A DNA stretch of 63,373 nucleotides, counting the filler, from Octopus bimaculoides (lineage: Eukaryota): NCBI RefSeq assembly GCF_001194135.2. It is 7 parts of 7 records of this genome, joined end to end, with 100 filler letters (N's around TTAATTAATTAA, not from the genome) between each part and the next. Parts side by side here need not be neighbours in the genome. Positions count along the whole stretch, not along the records: positions 37,763 to 42,543 come from NC_069000.1; positions 42,644 to 59,618 come from NC_068987.1; 5 more parts are not named here. One strand, given 5' to 3'. Positions 41,427 to 52,007 of this stretch are shown here, in pieces. Below the pieces are notes generated by a model, which was given only the letters and a program-made list of their open reading frames with translations, was not told the DNA's origin and ran no database searches. The stretch's first letter is position 1; every line of letters begins with the position of its first letter. A program made the translations under genes and the position numbers.

Positions 41427-41949
41427 AATTTGTGGTGTATTTGTCTGTTTGTGTCTCTTTGTCTTGACATCATGTTACAGCTGTAAATGAGTGTCACTGT
41501 CATATAAGCAGTGTCGTTCATTTCCAATATTCTGCAAGAGCATATCTTGTCAAGGGAAAATATTATCTGGCTTGGAAATAGGTGGATGTTGGTAACAGGA
41601 AATGGCATCCAGCTGTAGAAAATCTGCCTCGAATAAACTGATTGAAGTCTGAAGTTCTTCAGTTTTTATAATACCTTCTCTTGGTTTTGGAAAGCCACAA
41701 TCAGCAACAATATTTAAGGTAAGGACTGGCAAAGGTAATGAAGAGGAGGATAATGGTAAGAGCATCTATAGACTGGAAAGTGCTAAGGATCCAGGAATAC
41801 ACCCTTGCAGGCCATGTCAAACTTTGCTATGTATGTGGGAACTCCAGCTTAAGTTGTTATAGTCAGTTACTCCAAGTCAGTGGATTGCAGCCATGATAGA
41901 TAGGTAGTTTTTCTATGTGGCAGATGTTCAGGAGCAATAAACACTGAAA

Positions 41950-42153
41950 ATGTGCAGAAAACAACTTTTGCCACATTCCAGGGAGAAAAATTAGACGTAG
42001 TTGATAGCTTCTACTATCTAGGTGAACAAGTTAGTTGCAGGGGAGGGTGCACTGAAAGTGTAGCTGCTAGAATAAGAATATCCCGGGGGCAAAGTTCAGA
42101 GAACTCTCACCTCTGCTGGTCACAAAGGGCCTCTCGCTCAGAGTAAAAGGCAG
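41950..42153 (+). mobile_element. RTE LINE fragment
   Basis: QGEKLDVVDSFYYLGEQVSCRGGCTESVAARIRI, then after a frameshift KFRELSPLLVTKGLSLRVKGRLY. Confidence 0.85.
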
Positions 42154-42164
42154 ACTGTATATAT

Positions 42165-42470
42165 ATCATCATCATCATCGTCGTCGTTTAACGTCCGCTT
42201 TCCATACTAGCATGGGTTGGACGATTTGACTGAGGACTGGTGAAACCAGATGGCTACACCAGGCTCCAATCTGATTTGGCAGAGTTTCTACAGCTGGATG
42301 CCCTTCCTAACGCCAACCATTCCGAGAGTGTAGTGGGTGCTTTTACGTGGCACTGGCACAAAGGCCAGTCAGGCGGTACTGGCGACAGCCATGCTCAAAA
42401 TGGTGTCTTTTATGTGCCACACACACAAGAGCCAGTCCAGGGGCACTGGCAACGATCTCGCTCGAAAGTC
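42165..42470 (-). mobile_element. Element with RTE-type 3' tail ((GAT)n end)
   Basis: Reverse complement contains GTTGGCGTTAGGAAGGGCATCCAGCTGTAGAAAC...CCAACCCATGCTAGTATGGAAAGCGGACGTTAAACGACGAC. Confidence 0.75.
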
Positions 42471-42485
42471 CTTACACATGCCGCG

Positions 42486-42517
<32 letters not shown>

Positions 42518-42643
42518 ATACATATACATATATGTGTGTGTGTNNNNNNNNNNNNNNNNNNNNNNNNNNNNNNNNNNNNNNNNNNNNTTAATTAATTAAN
42601 NNNNNNNNNNNNNNNNNNNNNNNNNNNNNNNNNNNNNNNNNNN

Positions 42644-43645
42644 TGGTGTCCCTCAGGGGACTGTCTTGGGACCCCTTCTCTTTATAGACTATATTAAATG
42701 ACCTTTCCAGCATCATAAAACACAGCAAAGTGAAAATATTCGCTGTTGACTCCAAGCTCCAGAAAACTATCAATGAGGAAGAAGACCGAACTCAACACCA
42801 GTTTGATCTACATGCTGTGAGTCAATGGGCAGACAAAAACAATATGCAACTAAATGAGGGAAAATTTGAGCTGATGCATTTTGGAAGAAAGACTATGCTA
42901 AAACAGCCATACTCTCTTCCTTCAGGGGAACCTTTCATAGCGTCTAATAATATCAGAGACCTAAGAGTAATTGTTGACAACAATCTCAGCCGAAATGCCC
43001 ACTTCAACAATAAGGTTGATATAGCTCATTGGATGAGCACTTGAATCCAGAGAACAAGATTTCATCATTCCTCTTTCTCCTCCTTTGTATGGTCACACCT
43101 CAAATACCGCTATCCCCTGTGGTCTCCCCATACAAAACAAAACATTTCAAAAACTGAATCATCCCAGAAGACATTTACTAAAAAAATTAAGGGCATGAGT
43201 GATCTCGATGATTGGGACCACCTTAAAGCATTGAAACTCTATTCTCTCCTGCACCACCATGAGCGATACATGACCTCAACATTAGCTTCAAAATTCATCC
43301 AAGTCTAGCACCACGGGGCATATGTCCCCTACCCAATTCAAAATCACTGCTGCCCAATTTCTTTTCCTCAACAGGCCCTGCTCTATTTAACATTGTCCCA
43401 AAATAGATCAAAGAGGGAAAGGATTCCTTCACCATCAGATGAAATCTGGACAAATTTCTTCAAAGAATACCAGATAAGCCACCTATACCTGGATACAACT
43501 CACTCAACAAGAATTCCCTATTCGAATGAACCATGATACCATAAAACTTGACTTTAAAAGGATTTAGCTAAGCGTATCAGGTGGTGCTATTAAGTTAGAC
43601 ATAGCATGGACCAATCTTTGGTCGAAATATAGCTAAGTTATCTAA
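42644..43645 (+). mobile_element. CR1/L2-like LINE 3' portion, decayed
   Basis: GVPQGTVLGPLLF...KIFAVDSKL...WADKNNMQLNEGKFELMHFG...IRDLRVIVDNNLS, followed by further decayed coding sequence and a 3' UTR. Confidence 0.9.
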
Positions 43646-43738
43646 GTTTTTATATAAGCTTGTGTGTGTGTGTGTGTACTTAGATAAATTTTCAACCAGA
43701 ATTGGCCCAGGCCATGTCTAACTTAATAGCACCACCTG
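43578..43738. repeat. Long inverted repeat (~60-bp arms) around a (TG)n spacer
   Basis: CAGGTGGTGCTATTAAGTTAGACAT (43578-43602) is perfectly complementary to 43714-43738, and pairing continues with mismatches. Confidence 0.9.
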
Positions 43739-44334
43739 GAAAAAACATTTAATGTTTCATATTACGTTCATTCTTTGAGCACCTTAACCTAATGTGTATA
43801 CACATACTCACAGATATATGTATGTATATATATNNNNNNNNNNNNNNNNNNNNNNNNNNNNNNNNNNNNNNNNNNNNNNNNNNNNNNNNNNNNNNNNNNN
43901 NNNNNNNNNNNNNNNNNNNNNNNNNNNNNNNNNNNNNNNNNNNNNNNNNNNNNNNNNNNNNNNNNNNNNNNNNNNNATATATATATATATATATATACAT
44001 GCACATACATGTATGTATGTATTACATAACATATAGACACATATATATAGCACAAACAGAGGGAGAGAGAGAGAGAGACAGGAAGAGAAAGAGTGAAGGT
44101 AAAAAATATAGAAGCATGAACGGGAATAATTTCTAGTAAGATAGAAATAGGATACCTACCATCAATAACTTCTCTTAGTTGCTGATATCTTATATCGCTG
44201 TAATAATTACTCTTGCCTTTTCTATGTCTCTCCGTTTCAGCTAATTATATTCCCACTACATTTGATCATCATTTTTTTTTTAAATTTTGCACAGACATAC
44301 ATGTCTATATGCAGGAATCAATACACACACACAC

Positions 44335-44830
44335 AGAGGGTGGGCTGTAATGATTGGACACATTTTAAATGTTTGTATCTTGTGTTATAAAAATTATATA
44401 ATAATAAATGCGCCCTTTTAAAGCCTAGCCAAGCTCATGGGCCCGGTTTCCCGGTTTCAATGGCATATGTGTCTCCTGGCTGGACGGGACGCCAGTCCAT
44501 CACAGCGTTACTTATTTTTGCCAGCTGAGTGGACTGGAACAATGTGAAATGAAGTGTTTTACTCAAGAACACAACACATCGCCCGGGCCAGGAATCAAAA
44601 CCACAATCTTACGATCAAGGTGCTGACACCCTAACCACTAGGCCACACGCCTCCACATAAAAATGATATAGAGTACCAAATATATTTATTTCATAACTCA
44701 TATACAGGAGTTCAACATATTATCTAAAAGTTTACTATTTTTTACAAATAGTTGGTCTTGGTGACCTTCATAATGTCATGCACTCCAAAAGAAATCGCAT
44801 ACGTGGTCAAAGCATACTCCACCAACCAAG
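44335..44830 (+). mobile_element. Tc1/mariner-like 5' fragment interrupted by a SINE
   Basis: Starts CAGAGGGTGGGC; MSCTPKEIAYVVKAYSTN resembles an HTH transposase N-terminus. Confidence 0.4.
44401..44656 (-). mobile_element. tRNA-derived SINE, local family E, full length with 14-bp TSD
   Basis: Head GTGGAGGCGTGTGGCCTAGTGGTTAGGG; TSD ATAAAAAT(T/G)ATATA at 44387-44400 and 44657-44670. Confidence 0.9.
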
Positions 44831-44949
44831 GAGCATTGTTGTGCCCTTAATATAAATAAATATATTTATAGGGAATAATTAATAAATTTTTCCCTTATGA
44901 GGTTTTTCAGGCTAACTACTTGAGAAATTCTTATAAAAAGATTCTATCC

Positions 44950-44984
<35 letters not shown>

Positions 44985-45200
44985 ATGTTTGTATATGTGT
45001 TTGTCCCCATCACCATCACTTTGAAAACCGACGTTGGCATGTTTACATCCCTGTAACTTGATGGTTCAGCTAAAGAGAATGATAGAATAAGTACTAGGCA
45101 TACAAAGAATAAGTCCTGGAGTTGCTTTGTTCGACTAAAGGCAGTGCTCCAGCATGGTCACAGTCAAATGACTAAAACAAGTAAAAGAATAAAAGAATAC
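44985..45200 (+). mobile_element. SINE family A, 3' half
   Basis: Matches 13700-13885. Confidence 0.85.
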
Positions 45201-45794
45201 ATGCGCACACACATACACACGCACAGATGCACACACACACACACTACATTACTCTCAAGTTTATTATTTGCTTCATTTTGTACTCACTCAGTAACTACAA
45301 TCTCTACCTTATATTATTTCCAATAATTTTATATAGGTTTTCTGTAAATTTACACAATTATTTCATTTTTAAGGAGTGGCCGTGTGGTAAGAAGCTCGCT
45401 CCTGGTTACTGCGCATGTGTTGATTCAGTTGCTGGGGTTTTTTTTTGGGGGGGGGGGACAGAATTTTTGTGCTGCTTGGCAGCGGTTTAGAGAAAATGTA
45501 TTCAGACCTTAACGGGTCTGAGTTGTCTTCAACGGAGGAGGAGCCCCTGGAAGGGATCCTTATATATAGCCAAGGGAAATAACCCATTCATTTTCATAAA
45601 TTATTTGGTAAAAATGAAATTGAGTATGCTTATTTCTTAGCATTTGAACTGTTAGAGCTATTTTCGCAATTTATCCAGTACAACCCTTAAACAAGTAAAT
45701 AGCATTTTCCTAAACAATAGATCTACTTATTTCAGTTAGTGACTTATTCACGAATATACCAACACTAGCGCCCCTGAGGGTAATATTCTCTGGG

Positions 45795-46130
45795 AACGCA
45801 CAAAAGCCCTTTTCAGAGTTGTTTACTTTGAATTGTTATTATCTCATATCTGATTATCTTGTTATTACGTAACATGCTTCACGATTTTAGTATACATACC
45901 TTATTAGTATTTCCTATGTTCTATATACTCTGGGTACACATTAAAGCCCTTTTCGGAGCTACTTTATTTGAATTATTACTATCGAGTAACTAATTTCATG
46001 TTATTACATAACTGACTTCACAATTTGGGTATTCATAACTTACTGGGAATTCCTAAAAACAAGATCCTGTGTAAGACAGTTCTATATTCTCTGTAAAGGC
46101 ACAAAAAGCACAATACCTCGTATTGTTGTT
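45795..46130 (+). repeat. Diverged ~130-bp tandem repeat (2 copies plus a partial third)
   Basis: AAAGCCCTTTTC(A/G)GAG...TTTGAATT...TGTTATTAC(G/A)TAAC...CTTCAC recurs at ~45805 and ~45945. Confidence 0.75.
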
Positions 46131-46865
46131 GTTATCTGATTAGCGAAACAATTATGAGAACAGAATCAAGGGATAAGCCCTGCTTTCCCGGCAATTACTG
46201 GGTACGTCAGCTAGTAATAACATAAACTAAATAACACAAACTTGTCACGTGATGTCACTATAATAGAGAGAGAGAGAGCTCTTGGCTTCATAACTACTAG
46301 GTCATTTGCTTTGAGTCGCCTACAGTGTTTTTCACTGTCTAAGTCATGCTTAATCAAGCAAAACTACGATCAAAGCCATCTACACACAACCAGGCGATCT
46401 TATTAAGATATTGCAAATATACATTCTGCTCTAATTGCTAATATATATGTAAACAACTAACAACTTCCTTGTTAACGATGAATGTTTCGGTTAGTATTTC
46501 TAGCAAATCGAGCGACCACATAGAGGTCGGTTCATTATTTTCTTCATCAAAAGAGACACTAAGTTCGTTTCCGCTGCTAAATCACAATGAGCACAGAATA
46601 TTACTTAGAATACTGTCAGGTGAATCATGCGAGCAAAATAGGGTCGCTTTTAATTTTGATTTAGCATTTTAGTCTCCTTTCAGTCGGCGTTCCAGTAATG
46701 ACCATCCTCCCCTCGTATAGACACCTAGAACAATATTATTCAACACAAGCATACTATATTCTTAAGGCGTGAAAGTTTGATTTGTTTGGGTGGGGAAGTT
46801 AGCTACTATTTCTCGCCGTAAACCTATCATAGACATTGTATACCTCTCTATTCTACTCGTGCTGG

Positions 46866-46957
<92 letters not shown>

Positions 46958-46962
<5 letters not shown>

Positions 46963-47962
46963 TGAACACTTCTATCACGGTTATAAATAGTAACAAGTGC
47001 GGGCGTAGTAGAAAACAACTCATTCCCTGTCATCACCTGACTGACTATAATTTAAGCGGCAACTGTCTCCACTCCATTCCCGCCAGAACGCAAATCGACC
47101 AACCACAGCTCCTAATAAGGTCACGTGATAGTGTTTTTCTAATGCTTCTCTGGAGCCTACCTTCAGCTATAAATAGCCTGCTAGATACCCAGCAAATTCG
47201 TCGCGGCTCAGATCTTAGATCTGGTCGTTTTGACCACACGCGTAACACAGCCAGCCAGTATAACACCAACCAGTTTCCAGCGACGACATCAACACCATCG
47301 TACAACTACGAACTACAAGCATCGTCCCCGAAGTCGCCAGCAGCAACACGACACTACGACTACCAGCGTCCCCAACAGCGTCAACATGACTCTACACGTA
47401 CACAAGCTACCAACAGCTAACTGCAGCACTTCTAACCCTGTTTGTGTGATTTCTTCACCGCGATAATTAACAGCAAGAATTTAGCCTGCGAAAAACATCT
47501 GTATTCAAGAACCCGGCTTGGCATGGAAGCCCTAACATTACAACTAGTGATTGCCCTGCCCCACACGCTTTAACTTCTTATATACAGACTCTTACCACTG
47601 TGTACTCTAACAAAGAACTGGTATCTTAAATTCTTATACGTGTTACTGACTCTTTTCTATCCGCTGTATCTCACGCATACACATACATGTATTACTCGCA
47701 CACACTCTTTTGTGTACGTGACGGCCAGCCTTTTATTGTGTTTTATTATGTCGCATTCACACTCACACACAGACATACAATTTAATGCTACAATAAATCT
47801 TACTGTTATTCATCTCATACGGTTGTGTTCCTATCGTCTTCCTTACTGGCATTTATGAATTCTCTATGTTATCGAAGTATAACATATATATATCATTTGA
47901 TATATTTTGTGTTCGACCGTGTGACGCGTTTAATAAAGGAGCCTGTTTTTCCATTCGTCACC
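46958..47962 (+). mobile_element. Candidate solo LTR (~1 kb)
   Basis: Begins TGTAG within (TG)n; CpG-rich; TATAAATA at 47168; AATAAA at 47932, 25 nt before the gap that hides the expected CA end. Confidence 0.45.
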
Positions 47963-48107
47963 NNNNNNNNNNNNNNNNNNNNNNNNNNNNNNNNNNNNNN
48001 NNNNNNNNNNNNNNNNNNNNNNNNNNNNNNNNNNNNNNNNNNNNNNNNNNNNNNNNNNNNNNNNNNNNNNNNNNNNNNNNNNNNNNNNNNNNNNNNNNNN
48101 NNNNNNN

Positions 48108-48452
48108 AAGTATATTCTTTTATTGGTTTCAGTCATTTGACTGCGGCCATGCTGGAGCATCACCTTTAGTCGAACAAATCGACACCAGGACTTATTCTTT
48201 GTAAGTCTAGTACTTATTCTATCAGTCTCTATTGCCGAACCAATGGTGGGGGGACACATACAGACACACAAACAGGTATATATCTATATATATACGACGG
48301 GCTTCTTTCAGTTTCCATCTACTAAATCCACTCACAAGGCTTTGGTCGGCCCGAGGCCATAGTAGAAGACACTTGTCAAGGTGCCATGGAGTGGGACTGA
48401 ACCAGGAGCCATGTGGCTGGTAAGCAAGCCACTTACCACACAGCCACTCCTA
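48108..48452 (-). mobile_element. SINE family A, near full length
   Basis: Reverse-complement match to 13435-13886. Confidence 0.9.
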
Positions 48453-48560
48453 TATATATGTGTGTGTATATAAACTCACATTTAATTCCGTACTACATTC
48501 TATACTCATTCATTTCCAGCATTCCTAGCAGATGGAGGCTAGAGGCTCCGTTGGTGACTT

Positions 48561-48797
48561 GCGTTGTGAGTGTTTATTGAGCGAAAACACCTAAAACTCC
48601 ACGAGGCTCCGGCAGAGGGTGGTGGCGACCCCTGCTGTACTCTTTCGCCCCAACTTTCTCTCACGCTTTCTTCCTGTTTTTAGAGTAACGCTGCGATGTA
48701 CTGGCGTCCCATCCAGCTGGGGGGGGGGGTGGACACATACGCCATAGAAACGGAAACCGGGCCCATGAGCCTGGCTAGGCTTTAAAAGGGAGCAAAT
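48561..48797 (+). mobile_element. Chimeric SINE: D-type body plus E-type tail
   Basis: GAGTGTTTATTGAGCGAAAACACCTAAA...CTTCCTGTTT joined to GAGTAACGCTG...AAACCGGGCCCATGAGCCTGGCTAGGCTTTAAAAGGG. Confidence 0.8.
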
Positions 48798-49690
48798 GAA
48801 ATGATTCCATTAAGTTAGCATAAATATTCTATGTTTAGAGACATTATAATAGCATACAACTAAATAACTAAAACAAATCGTGGTGTTACTACATTAGCGC
48901 TATTGGCCACTTATCTTCTTGTGCTTCACGACGCTCTAACACCATTATTGTTTGCTGTTTAATATCAGACGATGTTTAATCGAGCAGACTTACAATCAAA
49001 TCGTATTTTTATATTGAAACTATACATCCTGGTCTAATAGTTAATGTATATTTAAACGTAACAACTTCCTCGTAACTACTGAATGTTTTTTTATAGTTAT
49101 TATTTCTAACAAATCGAGTCACCACAGAGAGCTGTTGCTTGCTCGTTGCTCTTGAAAGAGAGTAGTTTGCTTCAAACCAAAAGGCCTTAGGTTCGAGTTA
49201 ATCGTTAACAATATTTACAATAGCATCAAGACAACCGTCTGAATGAAAATGGGTTGTTGTTCAGCCGTCCCAAGGATGACCATAATTTTTAAATACAAAT
49301 CATGGACTATACTGTCCAACGATTATTTTTTGTTCATTTTAAAATTCTAAGAATGAATCTGAGGAGCAGTTAGCTGGCATTTCTAGCAGATGGAGCACCA
49401 GTTCAGAGGCTTCGTCGTTGACTCGCTAGAAACTGGTTAGATATAATCAATCAGTGGATTGGACTCTACCTATAATTGAAAGTGTTCAATACATAACGAA
49501 CTGAGACTGCGAATCGTAAAAACAAAACTCGCATGATAAGCCCGAAGTAATTGATACGAGAAAAGGAGACACAGAGCAAGGGAGAGAGAGAGAGAGATAG
49601 AGAGAGTGTGTGTGTGTGTGTGTGTGTGTTGTGTGTGTGTGTGTGTGCGTGTGTAAGTCAATCTATGATTTAATTATATCTTCGGATGCG

Positions 49691-49858
49691 AGATGCGGTG
49701 AATCCTAGAAGTATTGCAATACCAGGTCAACCCGTGGCAAAGGCAAGCCCCAAACTCTTCGCCTCGTTCTATGGCCCTAAACGTATCAGATTTTCAGATA
49801 TAAAGCTGTTGAGGACAGATACTATACTTTGATTTTAGCGAAAAGGCCGAGAAGCGAT
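49691..49858 (-). pseudogene. RNU2: U2 snRNA pseudogene, Sm site and stem IIb deleted
   Basis: Reverse complement starts ATCGCTTCTCGGCCTTTTCGCTAAAATCAAAGTATAGTATCTG and ends ...CGGGTTGACCTGGTATTGCAATACTTCTAGGATTCACCGCATCT; it has internal deletions relative to 55435-55625. Confidence 0.9.
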
Positions 49859-49914
49859 AACTGAACATGCCTACAACAGGCTTTCCATATACATTGCATT
49901 ATCCCCCCCCCCCT

Positions 49915-49944
<30 letters not shown>

Positions 49945-49945
<1 letters not shown>

Positions 49946-50147
49946 AGGGTTGGCCAAAATTCACCTGACAGTGAATCAAAACCATTTAATTCCAAGATTT
50001 ATTTATGTTTCCCAACTGAATGAATTTAATAAAACCATCTAAATATGAAACATCATGAAAATTGTTCAAACTGAAGTTTCTTGAGCGACACATTTCTCCA
50101 TTCGAGTCAATTTTGATTTACTGTCGGGTGACTTTTGGCCAATATTG
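49945..50147. mobile_element. Tc1/mariner MITE, 203 bp, ~37-bp imperfect TIRs
   Basis: CAGGGTTGGCCAAAATTCACCTGACAGTGAATCAAAA versus reverse complement of the right end CAATATTGGCCAAAAGTCACCCGACAGTAAATCAAAA; TA on the left flank. Confidence 0.8.
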
Positions 50148-50151
50148 TGTG

Positions 50152-50210
<59 letters not shown>

Positions 50211-50211
50211 A

Positions 50212-50545
50212 TAGGGAGAATTCACAAAAAGACAAAAGACGAAGACAGGTGGTGTAGAAAATAAACAGGTGCATTAATATAACGCTCGGGAATTGAAAAA
50301 GTCTTTAATGTTTCGAGCCTACGCTCTTTCACAGAAACAAACAAGCAGAGAAAAAAAATGTGTGTAGTGGTTAGCGATCTAATTTATACCAAAGTAAGCA
50401 CATAAGTGCGAAACAAGGTGGAAAAAATAGTACTCAAATACCAGAGGTAGAGTAATATGCTTTATGAAAAAGCAGCAAAAAATCACAAAAACTGTTACTC
50501 AGAGTTTCACGCTCCCGTTCGTCGGACAGTTTTGTTTCAAAATAA
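50212..50545 (-). mobile_element. Penelope-like pLTR carrying hammerhead motifs
   Basis: Homologous to 13887-13985 and 20995-21120; two hammerhead-type cores are present. Confidence 0.65.
50488..50533 (-). ncRNA. Minimal type I hammerhead ribozyme motif (U4C core variant)
   Basis: AAAACUGU-CCGACGA-ACG(GGAG)CGU-GAAA-CUC(U)GAG-UA-ACAGUUUU: 8-bp stem I, 3-bp stem II, stem III with 1-nt loop, GUA cleavage triplet. Confidence 0.8.
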
Positions 50546-50828
50546 AGTGTGTGTGTGTGTGTGTATGTGTGTGTATTATACATTGCCCTCACATTTAATT
50601 ACTTGCTACGTTTATGCACTCATTCACTTATAAAATTACTACCTTACATCGTTTCCAATAATTTTATGTAGGTTTTCTTTCACTTTACATAAATATGGCA
50701 TGTTCAATGATGTTATATTAGCATAAAACTAAATAACTCTAAACACATGACGTCACAACACTCGAGTAAGTGTTGTTGTTCATTTACTGTTTAATACCAA
50801 ATCATGTTTATTCCAGCAGACTTACAAT

Positions 50829-51303
50829 CATTAACCAGAGCGGGCGTTGTGAGTGTTTATTGAGCGAAAACACCTAAAGCTCTATGAGGCTCCGGCAGAG
50901 GGTGATGGCGAACCCTGCTGCACTCTTTCACCACAACTTTCCCTCACTCTATCTTCCTGTTTCTGTTCTACCTGTATCTCAAAGGGCCAGCCTTGTCACA
51001 CTGAATCTCCCCCGAGAACTACGCTAAGGGTATACGTGTCTGTGGAGTGCTCAGCCACTTGCACGTTAATTTCACGAGCAGGCTGTTCCGTTGATCGGAT
51101 CAACTGGAACCCTCGACGTCGTAACCGACGGAGTGCCAACAATCATTAACGTCGCTAGTGGGCCGCCTAGGATTGCCCTTCTGTTTGCCGCCTTCAGACC
51201 TTACAAAAAGCACATAATGCCTACTGCAGACCCAAAAGTGCCGCGCCATTAAAAGTGTCACCCGGGATGGACCTCTCCTACCGCCCCACCAGCTACACTA
51301 GTG
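50829..51303. mobile_element. hAT-type MITE with 8-bp TSD, containing a nested 5'-truncated SINE D (50836-51138)
   Basis: TSD CTTACAAT at 50821-50828 and 51304-51311; TIR CATTAACGTCGCTAGTGGG (reconstructed) versus CACTAGTGTAGCTGGTGGG; SINE TSD ACAATCATTAAC at 50824-50835 and 51139-51150. Confidence 0.7.
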
Positions 51304-51547
51304 CTTACAATCAAAGCGTTGTACACATTACCAAGTCATCCTATATTTATATTGAATCTATACAACCTGGTTTAGGAACTAACATATTTAAACAACTACA
51401 ACTTCCTAGTTACTATCTAATGTTTTGCTTTTGTTGTTATTTCTAGCAAATCGAGCGACCACATAGAAGTTGGTTCATAACTTGCTTCTTACAAAGAAAC
51501 TATGGATTTGATACCTCTGCTAACCAAAACGAGCCCTAAATATTGGT

Positions 51548-51742
51548 TTTTAATTTTGGCACAAGGGTAGCAATTTCAGAGGAATGCTAAGTCGATTACA
51601 TTGTCTCTCCAGTAATCAACTGGTACTTATTTTCTAGACCCCCGAAAGGATGAAAGAGAAAGTTGAACTCGGCGAAATTTGATAGGCCGTATCAGATATT
51701 AAGCTGATAAGAACAGACACAGCGCTTTGATCTTAGCAAAAA
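51548..51742 (-). pseudogene. RNU2: U2 5' fragment (51683-51742) fused to a SINE B body (51548-51682)
   Basis: Reverse complement: TTTTTGCTAAGATCAAAGCGCTGTGTCTGTTCTTATCAGCTTAATATCTGATACGGCCTA|TCAAATTTCGCCGAGTTCAACTTTCTCTTTCATCCTTTCGGGG... Confidence 0.85.
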
Positions 51743-52007
51743 TAACAAAGTAACTCGACCACAGACTATCTATACACATGTTTATATCTTACATCTACTG
51801 GTTTCTAAATTATTTATTGCAATCACATTTAATTACATACTATACTTTATACACATTCAATTCATACATTTTCGACCTTAAAATATTTCTAATATTTTCA
51901 AATCGGTTACTTATAAGTTTATATAGATATTGTATGTTTAATGGCAATATATGTTCTTATCATTATATAAAGTGAATACCTAAAGCTAGATAGGTGATGT
52001 CACCAAG

